64,000 bases of DNA from positions 32,472 through 96,471 of the IMG/VR virus record IMGVR_UViG_3300033146_000857. The stretch is one strand, 5' to 3'. The translations under genes and the position numbers were made by a program. Origin of the DNA: a virus. The notes beneath the pieces were generated by a model. The model made no database searches. It was not told the DNA's origin and worked only from the letters and a program-made list of their open reading frames with translations. This document shows, one piece after another, positions 48,530 through 57,859 of this stretch. Every line of letters starts with the position of its first letter. Positions within the stretch are counted from its first letter, which is position 1.

Positions 48530-48978
48530 GGCTGAGACCAGGATAATGGCTCTTAGTCGTCACGAAGTTCAAGAGGAACTAAATAAAGGTTAAAAAAATA
48601 CCAAATTGTTGTACAAACTGTGTTAATCTGAGAGCCATATAGCTTCTTTTAAAGCCCAATGAAATATATCAGGCATACAATTAGTCTCGCAATAAGTTTC
48701 ATTTATAAACTCATTATATAATATAGCAAATCTAAGGAGTATACAGATGAAAAATGTACCATTAGCAAGTTTCACAAGACACGAAATAAATGGAGTCATA
48801 GAAGTTTTAAGGAGTAAACATGTCAATGAAATTAAGACTAACTGAAAGGGGCATAGGTCCTATAGTAGGTAACGTACACAGAGGAGGAATCTATGAAAAA
48901 TAGACTTTGGTCTGTATCAGATTTAATATTACTAGTTATTACGGCAACCGTTTTTCTAGCTGTTAAGTTCAGTAACCT

Positions 48979-49485
48979 ATGAGGAGTCTTAAAGAGAACG
49001 CCATAGTCCGTCTTATAGAAGTACTAAACTATGACCGAGATGTGTGTCAAAGTCTACTCCTGGTTGAACTTAAGGACAATAGAGCTATAGTAGAATACAC
49101 TCATAGGTTTCAGCATGAGGAAAACCCAGAGCACAACTTTAGACAGTTAACTCATAATAACTTCAACAAGGTTACTAGTACTTATTTGTCTACAATAAGT
49201 CCTCCAATAGAGGAGATAGCTTTTAATTTTGCATCTATGAATGAGCAGGCTATAAAGAACATAATTGATTTTTATACCAGAAAAGCTGTCTTAGAACTGG
49301 ATGAAACTAATAAGCATTTAGATTGGGTTAATAACAGGCATAGAGACTTTATAGAGCTTCCTAATGGTCCTATAGATAAGAAGCTAGACGCTCTAAGGAT
49401 TAAAGCTGTTACTACGAAGGATAAACATAAGTATCTTCAGTATACTCAAGAGATAGCTAAACTTTTAAGAAGGAAATTAAAATGA
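48979..49485 (+). CDS. Hypothetical protein
   Basis: 168 aa ORF in coding orientation. Confidence 0.6.
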   Translation: MRSLKENAIVRLIEVLNYDRDVCQSLLLVELKDNRAIVEYTHRFQHEENPEHNFRQLTHNNFNKVTSTYLSTISPPIEEIAFNFASMNEQAIKNIIDFYTRKAVLELDETNKHLDWVNNRHRDFIELPNGPIDKKLDALRIKAVTTKDKHKYLQYTQEIAKLLRRKLK

Positions 49486-50036
49486 GTCAGTTTGATTGTA
49501 ACTCTTGTAAGTACCTATCACAGGACAACACTTGTGATATGTGTGAGCAGGGATATCCACACGTTAAAGACAACAATGGTAAGAAACCAAAAGAAGTAAC
49601 TACTTGTAATGTATATATGCCGAGAAAAAAACCTAGGCTTAAAATTTGTGACAGTTTAAAAAAGTTAGGCAAGGAGGGTAATAACCTCTGGGTAGACTTA
49701 GATAGCCTAAAAATATGCCTTATAGATCTGGATAATATAGACTTTAAGCAACTATATATATACCTAAAAGATCTATGGATGCACAGTTCCGAGCATGCCA
49801 GGCATGAATTTCCTCTTTCTGTAGAGTCAAATGATTTATACAATCTAGTTACAGTCATAGGCGGCTGGACAATAGAGGCCAATGGGGACTTAGTTAAAAC
49901 TAAACAGGTAACTTATAATTTTAGTCAAAAAGATATTACAACTATAGAAGCTAGCCGCTGTTTTTTAAAGCAACACTATAGAGTAGAAGAAATACTAAAG
50001 GCATTTATAGATTTAAAAATAAAGGAGAAAGAATGA
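49482..50036 (+). CDS. Hypothetical protein with Cys-rich N-terminus
   Basis: CNSCKY...CDMC...C; ATGA overlaps. Confidence 0.65.
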   Translation: MSQFDCNSCKYLSQDNTCDMCEQGYPHVKDNNGKKPKEVTTCNVYMPRKKPRLKICDSLKKLGKEGNNLWVDLDSLKICLIDLDNIDFKQLYIYLKDLWMHSSEHARHEFPLSVESNDLYNLVTVIGGWTIEANGDLVKTKQVTYNFSQKDITTIEASRCFLKQHYRVEEILKAFIDLKIKEKE

Positions 50037-50320
50037 ACAAGTTTAGTTGGAGAACATCTGATACAGATGAACTAGTTAAAATTGGTGACACCTGTGAGAT
50101 GATTTTACCTAATGGAAGAGTAATCTTAGAAAGAAATTACCAAGGTGAAGGTATTTTTGGAGGCCAAAAGTTTTATGATCATGTGGCTAACTTGAATGAA
50201 ACAGACTATGGTGAAATATACTACCATGAAAACCTGGGTTGTATAGCCCCAAAGGTAGTGAATGTGAATTATAAAGGCACTTATGAAGAGTTAGATGACT
50301 CTGAGTACATAGACCTATGA
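50033..50320 (+). CDS. Hypothetical protein
   Basis: 95 aa; AAGGAG RBS; FSW.T.DT...Y.G.G.FGG. Confidence 0.7.
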   Translation: MNKFSWRTSDTDELVKIGDTCEMILPNGRVILERNYQGEGIFGGQKFYDHVANLNETDYGEIYYHENLGCIAPKVVNVNYKGTYEELDDSEYIDL

Positions 50321-50664
50321 GACATGTAAGAATACCTGGCGATGTCTATGCCTTATCCTTCGAGTGTAAAACCACTGATGAGGCTAGGGAAAAGGCTAGG
50401 GAGTTCTTAGGCGTTAGACGTTTGCCTAATGGTACAGAAGTATGGTAAAGTACCTTAAGAGACTATTCAACTGTAAAGAAGTAATTTATTGTATGAGACT
50501 AGATTTCATAGCTGACGATAAAGATCCTTTATACAGTTATGCTAGTCCTAGGGCCTTTGGTAAAAGACGCCTTAGTGCTATTAAAAAGATGGGCTATAAG
50601 ATAGTTTATGTCTAAGTTCCCTAGTGTTTATTCATAGTATAATTATGAAAATCAAGGAGATACT

Positions 50665-50874
50665 ATGCAAGAGTTAATGTTTAAAAAAGGTGATAAAGTT
50701 ACTTACATAGCTGATGACCAAGACACAGAGACTGAGGCTAACATAGGCGATGAATACATCATAGATGAGACTAGTCTAGAATGTCCAGAATACTTACTTA
50801 GACCAGTTGGAGCAGATTGCGCTTTGTCATCAGGCTGGTGTACAGACCATCAGATAGAGTTAACAAATGACTAA
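50665..50874 (+). CDS. Small SH3-like/acidic protein
   Basis: FKKGDKV start typical of small beta-barrels; TATAAT at 50638 and AAGGAG RBS. Confidence 0.65.
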   Translation: MQELMFKKGDKVTYIADDQDTETEANIGDEYIIDETSLECPEYLLRPVGADCALSSGWCTDHQIELTND

Positions 50875-51073
50875 GCAAAAAACTTGTAAGTGCTGTAAGA
50901 AGCAGCCTATGACAGAATTTCTAAGAAATATACTAGGTAAATATTACCCCCTTTGTAAAGGATGTATGTAATGACACAAAAACAACTAAACTTATTCTAT
51001 GCAATTCTTGAACAAAGAATTCATGGGGTAAAAATCAGACCAAAAACAGTCTTACCTGGAGTAACTTCAGGTA

Positions 51074-51334
51074 TTGGAACGAAGGTTTAACATGGATTAC
51101 CTTAACCACCCCTTAGTGATACTATTCATAGTAGTTTTTATATTAGCTATCTTGGATAAACAGATAACATTAGACCCAGAGAATAACATGCTATTACTTA
51201 ATCCTATTATTTGTTTAGCTGGAGTAGCTAGTTCAAGTTGGCAAGTATTTGCCCTACTCATGTTTTTAAACATTCTAATCTATAAACTAAGGATAAACAA
51301 TTGGAAATTTTCGCAATTAATGAAATGGTCATAG
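51074..51334 (+). CDS. Small membrane protein
   Basis: Two to three hydrophobic segments; likely start MDYLN. Confidence 0.6.
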   Translation: MERRFNMDYLNHPLVILFIVVFILAILDKQITLDPENNMLLLNPIICLAGVASSSWQVFALLMFLNILIYKLRINNWKFSQLMKWS

Positions 51335-51451
51335 AAAGGCTGATATTTACAGAAGTAGCCAACTTAGAAACCTTTGAAAGAGAAATGGGTGAAGTCTATG
51401 ACTACTGGTTTTACACTGAAGAAGAAGCAATAGCTCACTTAAAGGAAGAAA

Positions 51452-51769
51452 ATGTTTAAAACATTGAATACTCATACTGCAGAAAGAATAAAACTAGAGA
51501 GTGCTTATAACCTAGAAGTACTTAAGAAATATCCATATTTTGAAAATATAGACTTTGAAATTGAGATATTTCCTTCAAGCTTGGAACTTGAGACTAAGTA
51601 TGGCAAGTACATATTTCAGTTTGATGTGTCTAACAATGTGAAGGTACATTGGCCAGTTATAAAGCTTCTTGATAAGTCTTTATGCGCTACACATGAGGCC
51701 AACAAAGAGCATGAAGCAGTAAAAAAAGTCGTAGACGGTACAATAGCCTGGATGAAAGCTCAGACATGA
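51452..51769 (+). CDS. Hypothetical protein
   Basis: 105 aa; AAGGA RBS. Confidence 0.65.
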   Translation: MFKTLNTHTAERIKLESAYNLEVLKKYPYFENIDFEIEIFPSSLELETKYGKYIFQFDVSNNVKVHWPVIKLLDKSLCATHEANKEHEAVKKVVDGTIAWMKAQT

Positions 51770-52204
51770 AAACTATATATAGAGTTATAAATAAGCATGG
51801 AGGGATAGCGTATGAAAGTACCCAGCATACTAAGGCTCTATATAGTGCTAGAACTCGGGGGTACTATTTTAGAAAAGTTCAGGTATCAAATTTTAAATAC
51901 TATGTTATGAGGTTATTTCTACAGTAGGTTTCCAAAAGAACTAAACTACTGTACAAGTAGAAAATCTTTGGAGAAGCCCTGTTCATTTTAAAATACTCTC
52001 AATACTTCTAATGCTTGGTGTCCTTATATGACACCTATAGGACTATAGGACTATAAAATATAAAGCCTATGTTTTATTAATAATGGCTTTACCAGTGAGT
52101 CTCTTATTCTTTTACTTCTTATGCAGATTATTGACTGGAACTTTATAGATTTAAAGAAGCTAGTAGTAAACTTTTAGTATAATATTATAAATTAAAGGAT
52201 AACT

Positions 52205-52447
52205 ATGAAAATTCTAGACCTAACCTTACAGGATATTACTACATTTGAAGCACTTACTGACCATGAAGACCTAGAAAACTGGATGGGGTCTAATATGGGC
52301 TCTGGGCTGTACTTATCAGTCAGTTCTAATAACGTGGTTATGTTTGAACAGAACTATGACAAAGATGTTCCAGAGGAAACAAAAGAACTTTTACACATAG
52401 AGTTGTTTAAAAATGATGGCGCACCTGGAAAGTATGAGCAGTGTTAG
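52205..52447 (+). CDS. Hypothetical protein
   Basis: 80 aa; TATAAT at 52178, AAAGGA RBS. Confidence 0.65.
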   Translation: MKILDLTLQDITTFEALTDHEDLENWMGSNMGSGLYLSVSSNNVVMFEQNYDKDVPEETKELLHIELFKNDGAPGKYEQC

Positions 52448-52665
52448 TTAGTTGCATACAATTGCACAAGACTGTTTGTGCGGACAGTTATAAGAAAAGA
52501 ACTTTAGGTTTACCTTTGGCAAGAACATTATGACAAACTTAAGAAAGAACACCCTGTATAGCATAACAGACTTAATCAATAACATAGAAGACCTTAAGTA
52601 CAAAGATGGTAGTAAGACTGAGAAGATAAAAAATAAAGTACTTATGTACTTAAAAGGGATTAAAA

Positions 52666-52968
52666 ATGAAGTATAAAGGTTTTGAAGTTTTAACTCATGA
52701 AGAACTGACAGTCTATGGTAAACAGTTTAACGCTATAGCCTTGAAACCAAAGGATGGGTATATAGACATTCATATAGTGAGTGAAAAATACTCTAATGAC
52801 TTAAGTAATACACTAACTCTACAAGAGCCTGAAGAGAACGCTAAAGATATTACTAAGCACTCTTTAATAGCCATGATTTTTAGTCATATCATTTGGGACA
52901 CTCTATATGACAGAGACGAGGAGCTGTGGTCAGTAACAAATCTAGTAATAGAAAGTGAGGACTATTAA
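52666..52968 (+). CDS. Hypothetical protein
   Basis: 100 aa. Confidence 0.6.
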   Translation: MKYKGFEVLTHEELTVYGKQFNAIALKPKDGYIDIHIVSEKYSNDLSNTLTLQEPEENAKDITKHSLIAMIFSHIIWDTLYDRDEELWSVTNLVIESEDY

Positions 52969-53288
52969 TGGCAGGGCAATGTTATAGACAAGCATACACT
53001 GAACAACTTAACAGACCTGATGTTAAGCTAGTTCACGGAATAGTTAATCCGTTAGTCGGAGAACTAAAAGGCAAATCTTATGGACATGCCTGGCTAGAGA
53101 CTAAAACAGAGGTTATAGACCCCAGTTTACCCATTGGCAGACAAAAATACCCTAAGGAAAGATACTACATGCTGGGTGGAATTGAGTATACTAGAAAATA
53201 TGATTTAGATCAGACCTTAGAGCAGGTGCAGGTAGAAAAAAATTATGGCCCTTGGGATGACACAATAAGCAGCGCAGAGCATTTATAA
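52968..53288 (+). CDS. Minimal transglutaminase/papain-fold protein
   Basis: GQCYRQA...LVHG...GHAWLE....VIDPS: Cys-His-Asp triad pattern. Confidence 0.65.
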   Translation: MAGQCYRQAYTEQLNRPDVKLVHGIVNPLVGELKGKSYGHAWLETKTEVIDPSLPIGRQKYPKERYYMLGGIEYTRKYDLDQTLEQVQVEKNYGPWDDTISSAEHL

Positions 53289-53289
53289 C

Positions 53290-53769
53290 ATGGTAAGTAT
53301 CTACTTGGAAGGGCATAAAAAGCATAAGACACCTTTTACCGGAGCTTGTGCAGTGTTAGAATTCAAAGACCACTGTGAGGTAGTAAAATGTTCTAGGGCT
53401 GGAATAGCTCTGGAAAATACAATGTTACTCTGTTTCTTTGGAGCCTTAAGACTACTGTATAAAAGAACCAAAATAAAATTATATACAAGTAGTAGAGAGG
53501 TTAAAATTTTCTTGTCTTATAAAGACACAAAGTTAATGACATCTGGAGAAGTAAGCTTTAAAGATGACTATACATATATTCAAGCCTGTAGATTAGAACT
53601 ACTCAGTCATAGACTAAAAGTAATAAAAGAGGCAAAGGTGGAAAACAAAGTTATAAAAAGTTATAGCATGGCCCTAAACGAAACAAACTTGATGTACTCA
53701 AAAATGAAAAGCTTAATGATAAATGAAGATAAATTTAATAAGTTTAAAAGGACCTTAAATGAAGCTTAA
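53290..53769 (+). CDS. Degenerate RNase H-like protein
   Basis: SIYLEG.......GACAVL...ENTMLL...GAL......IKLYTSS aligns by eye to RNase HI IYTDG...G.G...NN.MEL.A...AL....LYTDS. Confidence 0.45.
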   Translation: MVSIYLEGHKKHKTPFTGACAVLEFKDHCEVVKCSRAGIALENTMLLCFFGALRLLYKRTKIKLYTSSREVKIFLSYKDTKLMTSGEVSFKDDYTYIQACRLELLSHRLKVIKEAKVENKVIKSYSMALNETNLMYSKMKSLMINEDKFNKFKRTLNEA

Positions 53770-53778
53770 AACAAAGTC

Positions 53779-53994
53779 ATGTGTTTTATTGGTAGACACC
53801 AAGAAGTACCTCTACAGTTGGTATTTTTATCAGACTTAGACTATAAAGGTATAGAAGCCTCTTATAAAAGTATTTGTGTTAACTGTGGTAAGAGAGCCTT
53901 GATGAAAATAGTATTTACCTATGGTCAGCATGGGTGTACAGAAATAGAACAGGCCAGAATTGCAGCCAAAAATTGGAGAAGCTATGAAAGTTAA
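53779..53994 (+). CDS. Small Cys/His protein
   Basis: CFIGRH...CVNCGK. Confidence 0.55.
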   Translation: MCFIGRHQEVPLQLVFLSDLDYKGIEASYKSICVNCGKRALMKIVFTYGQHGCTEIEQARIAAKNWRSYES

Positions 53995-54148
53995 AAAAGT
54001 ACTAACTTATAAGCATGATAGACCTGTATATACGATTAAGGTTAAAAAATTCTTATTCTGGCATACTGAAGTAGAGAGCTATGATCAGCATGAGATAGAT
54101 AGAATCTTTAGAAAACTATTGAGATGTGACAACGTGGAAAAAGCCTGA
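53984..54148 (+). CDS. Hypothetical protein
   Basis: Track ORF 53960..54148; ATG 53984 follows GGAG. Confidence 0.55.
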   Translation: MKVKKVLTYKHDRPVYTIKVKKFLFWHTEVESYDQHEIDRIFRKLLRCDNVEKA

Positions 54149-54504
54149 TGAAGACTGTACAATTTAGCACAGATGATCTATATGAAGCTTTAAACAACGC
54201 AGACTATTATCTTAGACAAGAGATTTTAAAAGCTTTAATGAAGGTTAAGAAGAAGAGACTAGACTATCAGTACAAATGTAGTCTTAATCAGTTTGAGAGA
54301 CAATTCTGTAGTCTTAGAGAAGTTAGGCATAACTTAACTAAATGGCAAGAACAAGGTCAAGATCGTAAGATATCTCTCTGTAGTAAGAAACTTAAGAAAC
54401 TAAATAGTTCTTTACAGGGGAGAATAAGATTTAATAAGCTTTATTCTAGTAATGAAGCAATAGATTATAACATAAGCAAGATTATAACAAAGTTGAAAAA
54501 ATAA
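54148..54504 (+). CDS. Basic helical hypothetical protein
   Basis: 118 aa; TGATG coupling. Confidence 0.6.
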   Translation: MKTVQFSTDDLYEALNNADYYLRQEILKALMKVKKKRLDYQYKCSLNQFERQFCSLREVRHNLTKWQEQGQDRKISLCSKKLKKLNSSLQGRIRFNKLYSSNEAIDYNISKIITKLKK

Positions 54505-54573
54505 ACCAATGTGATTGTACTAAGTGCTTAATTCACAAGGCTTATAACTATCACAAAAACTCAAGGGGAGCGC

Positions 54574-54861
54574 ATGTTTTTAAAAAAAGATAAGCTAAAG
54601 CCAGATTACAACATAGGAGATACAGTTTGGGGCTATTTTTGTCCCTCAAACTGTTCTCCAGGAGGTACACACGTCAGTAAGCCAAAATTTGAAAAATTTA
54701 AAATATCAAATGTATCTTATAGAGTAGACTATAACAAAATACTAGACACGTGCTATGAAACAGACAATAAAGATACCCATGTGCACAGAGACTTAACTGC
54801 TCTTAGGATGAAACTGCTAGCAGACCCAAGATTTGGTCTAGACTGTGTTAGAGGTGCTTAG
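54574..54861 (+). CDS. Hypothetical protein
   Basis: 95 aa; GGGGAG RBS; YNIGDTVW. Confidence 0.65.
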   Translation: MFLKKDKLKPDYNIGDTVWGYFCPSNCSPGGTHVSKPKFEKFKISNVSYRVDYNKILDTCYETDNKDTHVHRDLTALRMKLLADPRFGLDCVRGA

Positions 54862-55111
54862 TCTAGGATATAGTATTTTATACTATAAAGATATCTCAGA
54901 GATACAAGAGTTGGTAGACACAGCAATAGCAGCTTCAGTAGAGATACATAAGAGTCTAAATAAGATTATAAGGATCTATAGGGATACTCCTTGTGTGGGC
55001 AGATACATACCTTACGTAGCTGTGGTTAACTTAGTCACTGACGAATACACAGGGGACTATTTTAATGGCAAGTGGAACAGAACAAAAGACTTTAGGGATT
55101 ACAATGAATAA
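54845..55111 (+). CDS. Hypothetical protein
   Basis: 88 aa, overlapping neighbours. Confidence 0.5.
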   Translation: MLEVLSLGYSILYYKDISEIQELVDTAIAASVEIHKSLNKIIRIYRDTPCVGRYIPYVAVVNLVTDEYTGDYFNGKWNRTKDFRDYNE

Positions 55112-55448
55112 GAAACTTAGTGATAAAAACATAGCTCTAATACGAGATTGCTGTGAGGCTAATCCTAAAGCAACTCTAGGATTGTTATCAAGCTTAATTA
55201 AACTTAGTCCAAGTACAATAGCTAAATATAGAAGTAATAAGCATATAATAATAAAATGTGCCAGAGAAGGCTGTAATAGCCTATTTATAAAAAAGAGTAA
55301 CAGCTATATTGTTGCTATGACTGTAGACCCCTGTTTAAAAATCCTAAGAGAACTGTGTTGTCTGATAGGAAAGATAAAAAAAGCTATAATAGTAAAATAT
55401 TCAAGGAGATTAGATGACTACTGGAAAAGTCTCAAAAAGATTACTTAA
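55104..55448 (+). CDS. Putative HTH DNA-binding protein
   Basis: NPKATLGLLSSLIKLSPSTIAKY HTH-like; track ORF 55065..55448. Confidence 0.5.
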   Translation: MNKKLSDKNIALIRDCCEANPKATLGLLSSLIKLSPSTIAKYRSNKHIIIKCAREGCNSLFIKKSNSYIVAMTVDPCLKILRELCCLIGKIKKAIIVKYSRRLDDYWKSLKKIT

Positions 55449-55773
55449 AGAACTAAAGCCTTTTGGAGCTATAGACTGGCATACGTCTAAAAATGACTCT
55501 AGATACATAAAGTTTAGAGACTGTAGAATTGGCAGTATAAGAATAGCTGATCATGATGGAAGAAAGTCCTATAAGTATAAGTTTAATATAGATACTAATA
55601 AAGTTACCGACCTAGACAGAGAAGTAATGATAATGACTTTACAGATTAAAACAGCTATACAATTCATAGGAGATTTTAATCCAGAAAACTATATAGTCTA
55701 TAATAATAACTATGGTGGATATGTGAAACTAGACAACTATGAACAGTATAAAGAAGTGGTGCTAAATAAATGA
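55414..55773 (+). CDS. Hypothetical protein with IRIADH motif
   Basis: S.NDSRYIKF.....SIRIADH; AAGGAG RBS. Confidence 0.65.
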   Translation: MTTGKVSKRLLKELKPFGAIDWHTSKNDSRYIKFRDCRIGSIRIADHDGRKSYKYKFNIDTNKVTDLDREVMIMTLQIKTAIQFIGDFNPENYIVYNNNYGGYVKLDNYEQYKEVVLNK

Positions 55774-55831
55774 CTCGAGTAACTTTTAATAAATTTGTGC
55801 TATAATTAGTGAATAAATTGAAGGAGACACT

Positions 55832-56086
55832 ATGCAGGTTTTAGTTTTTGACTACGCTAAGAACAAGGTTATGACTCATATAATAGCTAATGAAGATGAG
55901 CTATTTGATGAACTAGGCTATGGCCAAGGTGATATTAACTTTATGGAGATTAATCAAGCCACAGAGATAAACATTTCTTTAACTGGAGATATTCATAGAG
56001 ATACAGCTGATGAGCTTGGAGTAGGCAGAGAAATGGCTAAGAGCATAAACTTTGGTTTACTATATGGAAACGCTCATGAAAGATAG
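55832..56086 (+). CDS. Small protein ending in a family-A DNA polymerase motif B (O-helix) segment
   Basis: GDIHRDTADELGVGREMAKSINFGLLYG; own TGCTATAAT promoter (55798-55806) and AAGGAG RBS. Confidence 0.65.
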   Translation: MQVLVFDYAKNKVMTHIIANEDELFDELGYGQGDINFMEINQATEINISLTGDIHRDTADELGVGREMAKSINFGLLYGNAHER

Positions 56087-56306
56087 TTATAAAAAAAGAA
56101 TAGATCTGGATGGCTTAACTGGCGTAGAAATAGACCACTTACAAGAGGCTTTAAGAGAATTAGGCCTTAAGGGTCAATATAAGTTTAATCACTATGGTAT
56201 AAGAGTTGAGCTTATAGTTACTTCCAAGAAACTACATAGACTTATGAGAACTATAAGAAAAACTACTTATAAGAAAACTACTTATAAGAAAAACAAAAAT
56301 GGCTAA
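56076..56306 (+). CDS. Basic hypothetical protein with KKTTY repeats
   Basis: Track ORF 56052..56306; 15-bp AAGAAAACTACTTAT repeats. Confidence 0.5.
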   Translation: MKDSYKKRIDLDGLTGVEIDHLQEALRELGLKGQYKFNHYGIRVELIVTSKKLHRLMRTIRKTTYKKTTYKKNKNG

Positions 56307-56452
56307 GCATAGGCAATGGCAATACTATATAGCCGTTGATAATCAGTATAAATTAATAGCTGAATCTAAGACACGCAAAGAGTGTATAGCCAAGGCCAAA
56401 AAGCATAAGGAGCTGAACAAATGATAGCCTTAGATTTAAACAGTGTCTTAAC

Positions 56453-56659
56453 ATGGATATTAGGAGATTCAAAATGATAGTTGGCTTAACTGTAGAAGAT
56501 AAGACTTGGACTAATAGCTCTGGTAAGACTATAAATATCTTTGATATGACTAGCACAGAACTTATTTTAGTAGCCAGAGAGTCAAAGAAAAAGTCTTTAA
56601 TAGTGCCCTATGAAATGCTACGAGAAATAAAATACAGAAATATAAAGGATTTGGTATGA
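56453..56659 (+). CDS. Hypothetical protein
   Basis: W.NSSGKTINIFDMT..EL pattern; probable start ATG 56474 after AGGAG. Confidence 0.55.
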   Translation: MDIRRFKMIVGLTVEDKTWTNSSGKTINIFDMTSTELILVARESKKKSLIVPYEMLREIKYRNIKDLV

Positions 56660-57072
56660 CAATGAGAGCTGCAGAATATAGAAGATTTTTGCCTTGGTTA
56701 CGAGCTGTATTACACATGGAGCCTTTATATAACAGACCTGAGTATTATACAAGACTAGTAGACCTATTTAGAAGGGGTAGAACATGTATAGATTAAAGAA
56801 AATACTTATCTTCTTATTCCTAGGAACTTGTTTAGCTCTTAGTTCTGGGGACTTTGAACCAGAAGCCCAAAAGAAATAGGTTTTCAACAGTTTAAGACAA
56901 ATTGTAAGTAGGAGTTAATTATGAGACCAAAGCAGTTTCTAGACGAGGCAACAACAGAACTTGAAACATTACTAAAACATAGTCTAATAGACCTAAGACA
57001 ATTTTTTATAAGATTAAGTTTTGTCAAAATAAGATATTATCAAAAAGTAGCTTTAAGAGAAAGTTATGCTAG

Positions 57073-57276
57073 ATGGTAAGAATAAAACAAATGAATGGCC
57101 AGACATTGACCTTTGCATTGGAAGTAATAGTTACCGTTACTAAAAGTACAAACTCAATAGTTCTACGGTTTAAAGATGGTAGTCGTAGGCAGTTCATAAC
57201 AGGTCTAGCCACTGACCAAACGTATACTAAAATAAAAGCCCAAGTAATAAACTATTATGAGGACAGCAAATGTTAG
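57073..57276 (+). CDS. Hypothetical protein
   Basis: 67 aa. Confidence 0.55.
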   Translation: MVRIKQMNGQTLTFALEVIVTVTKSTNSIVLRFKDGSRRQFITGLATDQTYTKIKAQVINYYEDSKC

Positions 57277-57542
57277 ATGTAGTAATCACAGTAATCTCAG
57301 AACTAGACTATTCTAGAGTAGTCGACTCAAGTAGTCTTTTAGAAGACATATTACCAAATAAAGCAGACTTGATAGAAGCTATCTTAGCCCTAGAGGACAA
57401 CTTAGGGCTACAATTAGACTTAACAGAAATAGCACGGCTAAACACATTAGGAGACCTAGCAGGTCATGTAGAAAAAATAGCCCGACTAAACACATTAGGA
57501 GACCTAGCATGTCACGTAGAAAAAATAGCCCAACAAAAGTAG
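57270..57542 (+). CDS. Acyl-carrier-protein-like protein lacking the phosphopantetheine Ser
   Basis: SSLLEDIL.NKADLIEAILALEDNLGLQL....IARLNTLGDL matches ACP (A.F.EDLG.DSLD.VEL.MALEE.F..I....AE...TVGD); last helix duplicated (48 bp). Confidence 0.65.
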   Translation: MLDVVITVISELDYSRVVDSSSLLEDILPNKADLIEAILALEDNLGLQLDLTEIARLNTLGDLAGHVEKIARLNTLGDLACHVEKIAQQK

Positions 57543-57796
57543 TCAAAACTATTTGTAAGGCTCTGGATGTAAAGCTTCATATAAGCTCAAAAGTTCTTTG
57601 TTGTACTCATATAGATCTTCTTGGGGGCAGGGTCCAGTATAGTATTTATTTTCCTAATGAAGATAAGCCAAGTACGTTTATGGTAGAACACTCTGGAATA
57701 TCTTTTTTCATCTCTAGAGGTATTACTGAGGACATTTATGTACCTATAATAGAAAAAGCTATAAAACAGTTAGAAAGCTTCACATACAAGCCTTAG
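57509..57796 (+). CDS. Hypothetical protein
   Basis: 95 aa; AGGAG RBS. Confidence 0.55.
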   Translation: MSRRKNSPTKVVKTICKALDVKLHISSKVLCCTHIDLLGGRVQYSIYFPNEDKPSTFMVEHSGISFFISRGITEDIYVPIIEKAIKQLESFTYKP

Positions 57797-57817
57797 GAGG
57801 CTTTCTTTTAGTATAAT
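57788..57817 (+). terminator. Terminator overlapping a TATAAT promoter for the RNR operon
   Basis: AAGCC-TTAGGA-GGCTTTCTTTT then AGTATAAT. Confidence 0.5.
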
Positions 57818-57859
57818 TTATAGTAAAAAATAGACTACAAATTATACTAAGGAGAAAAT

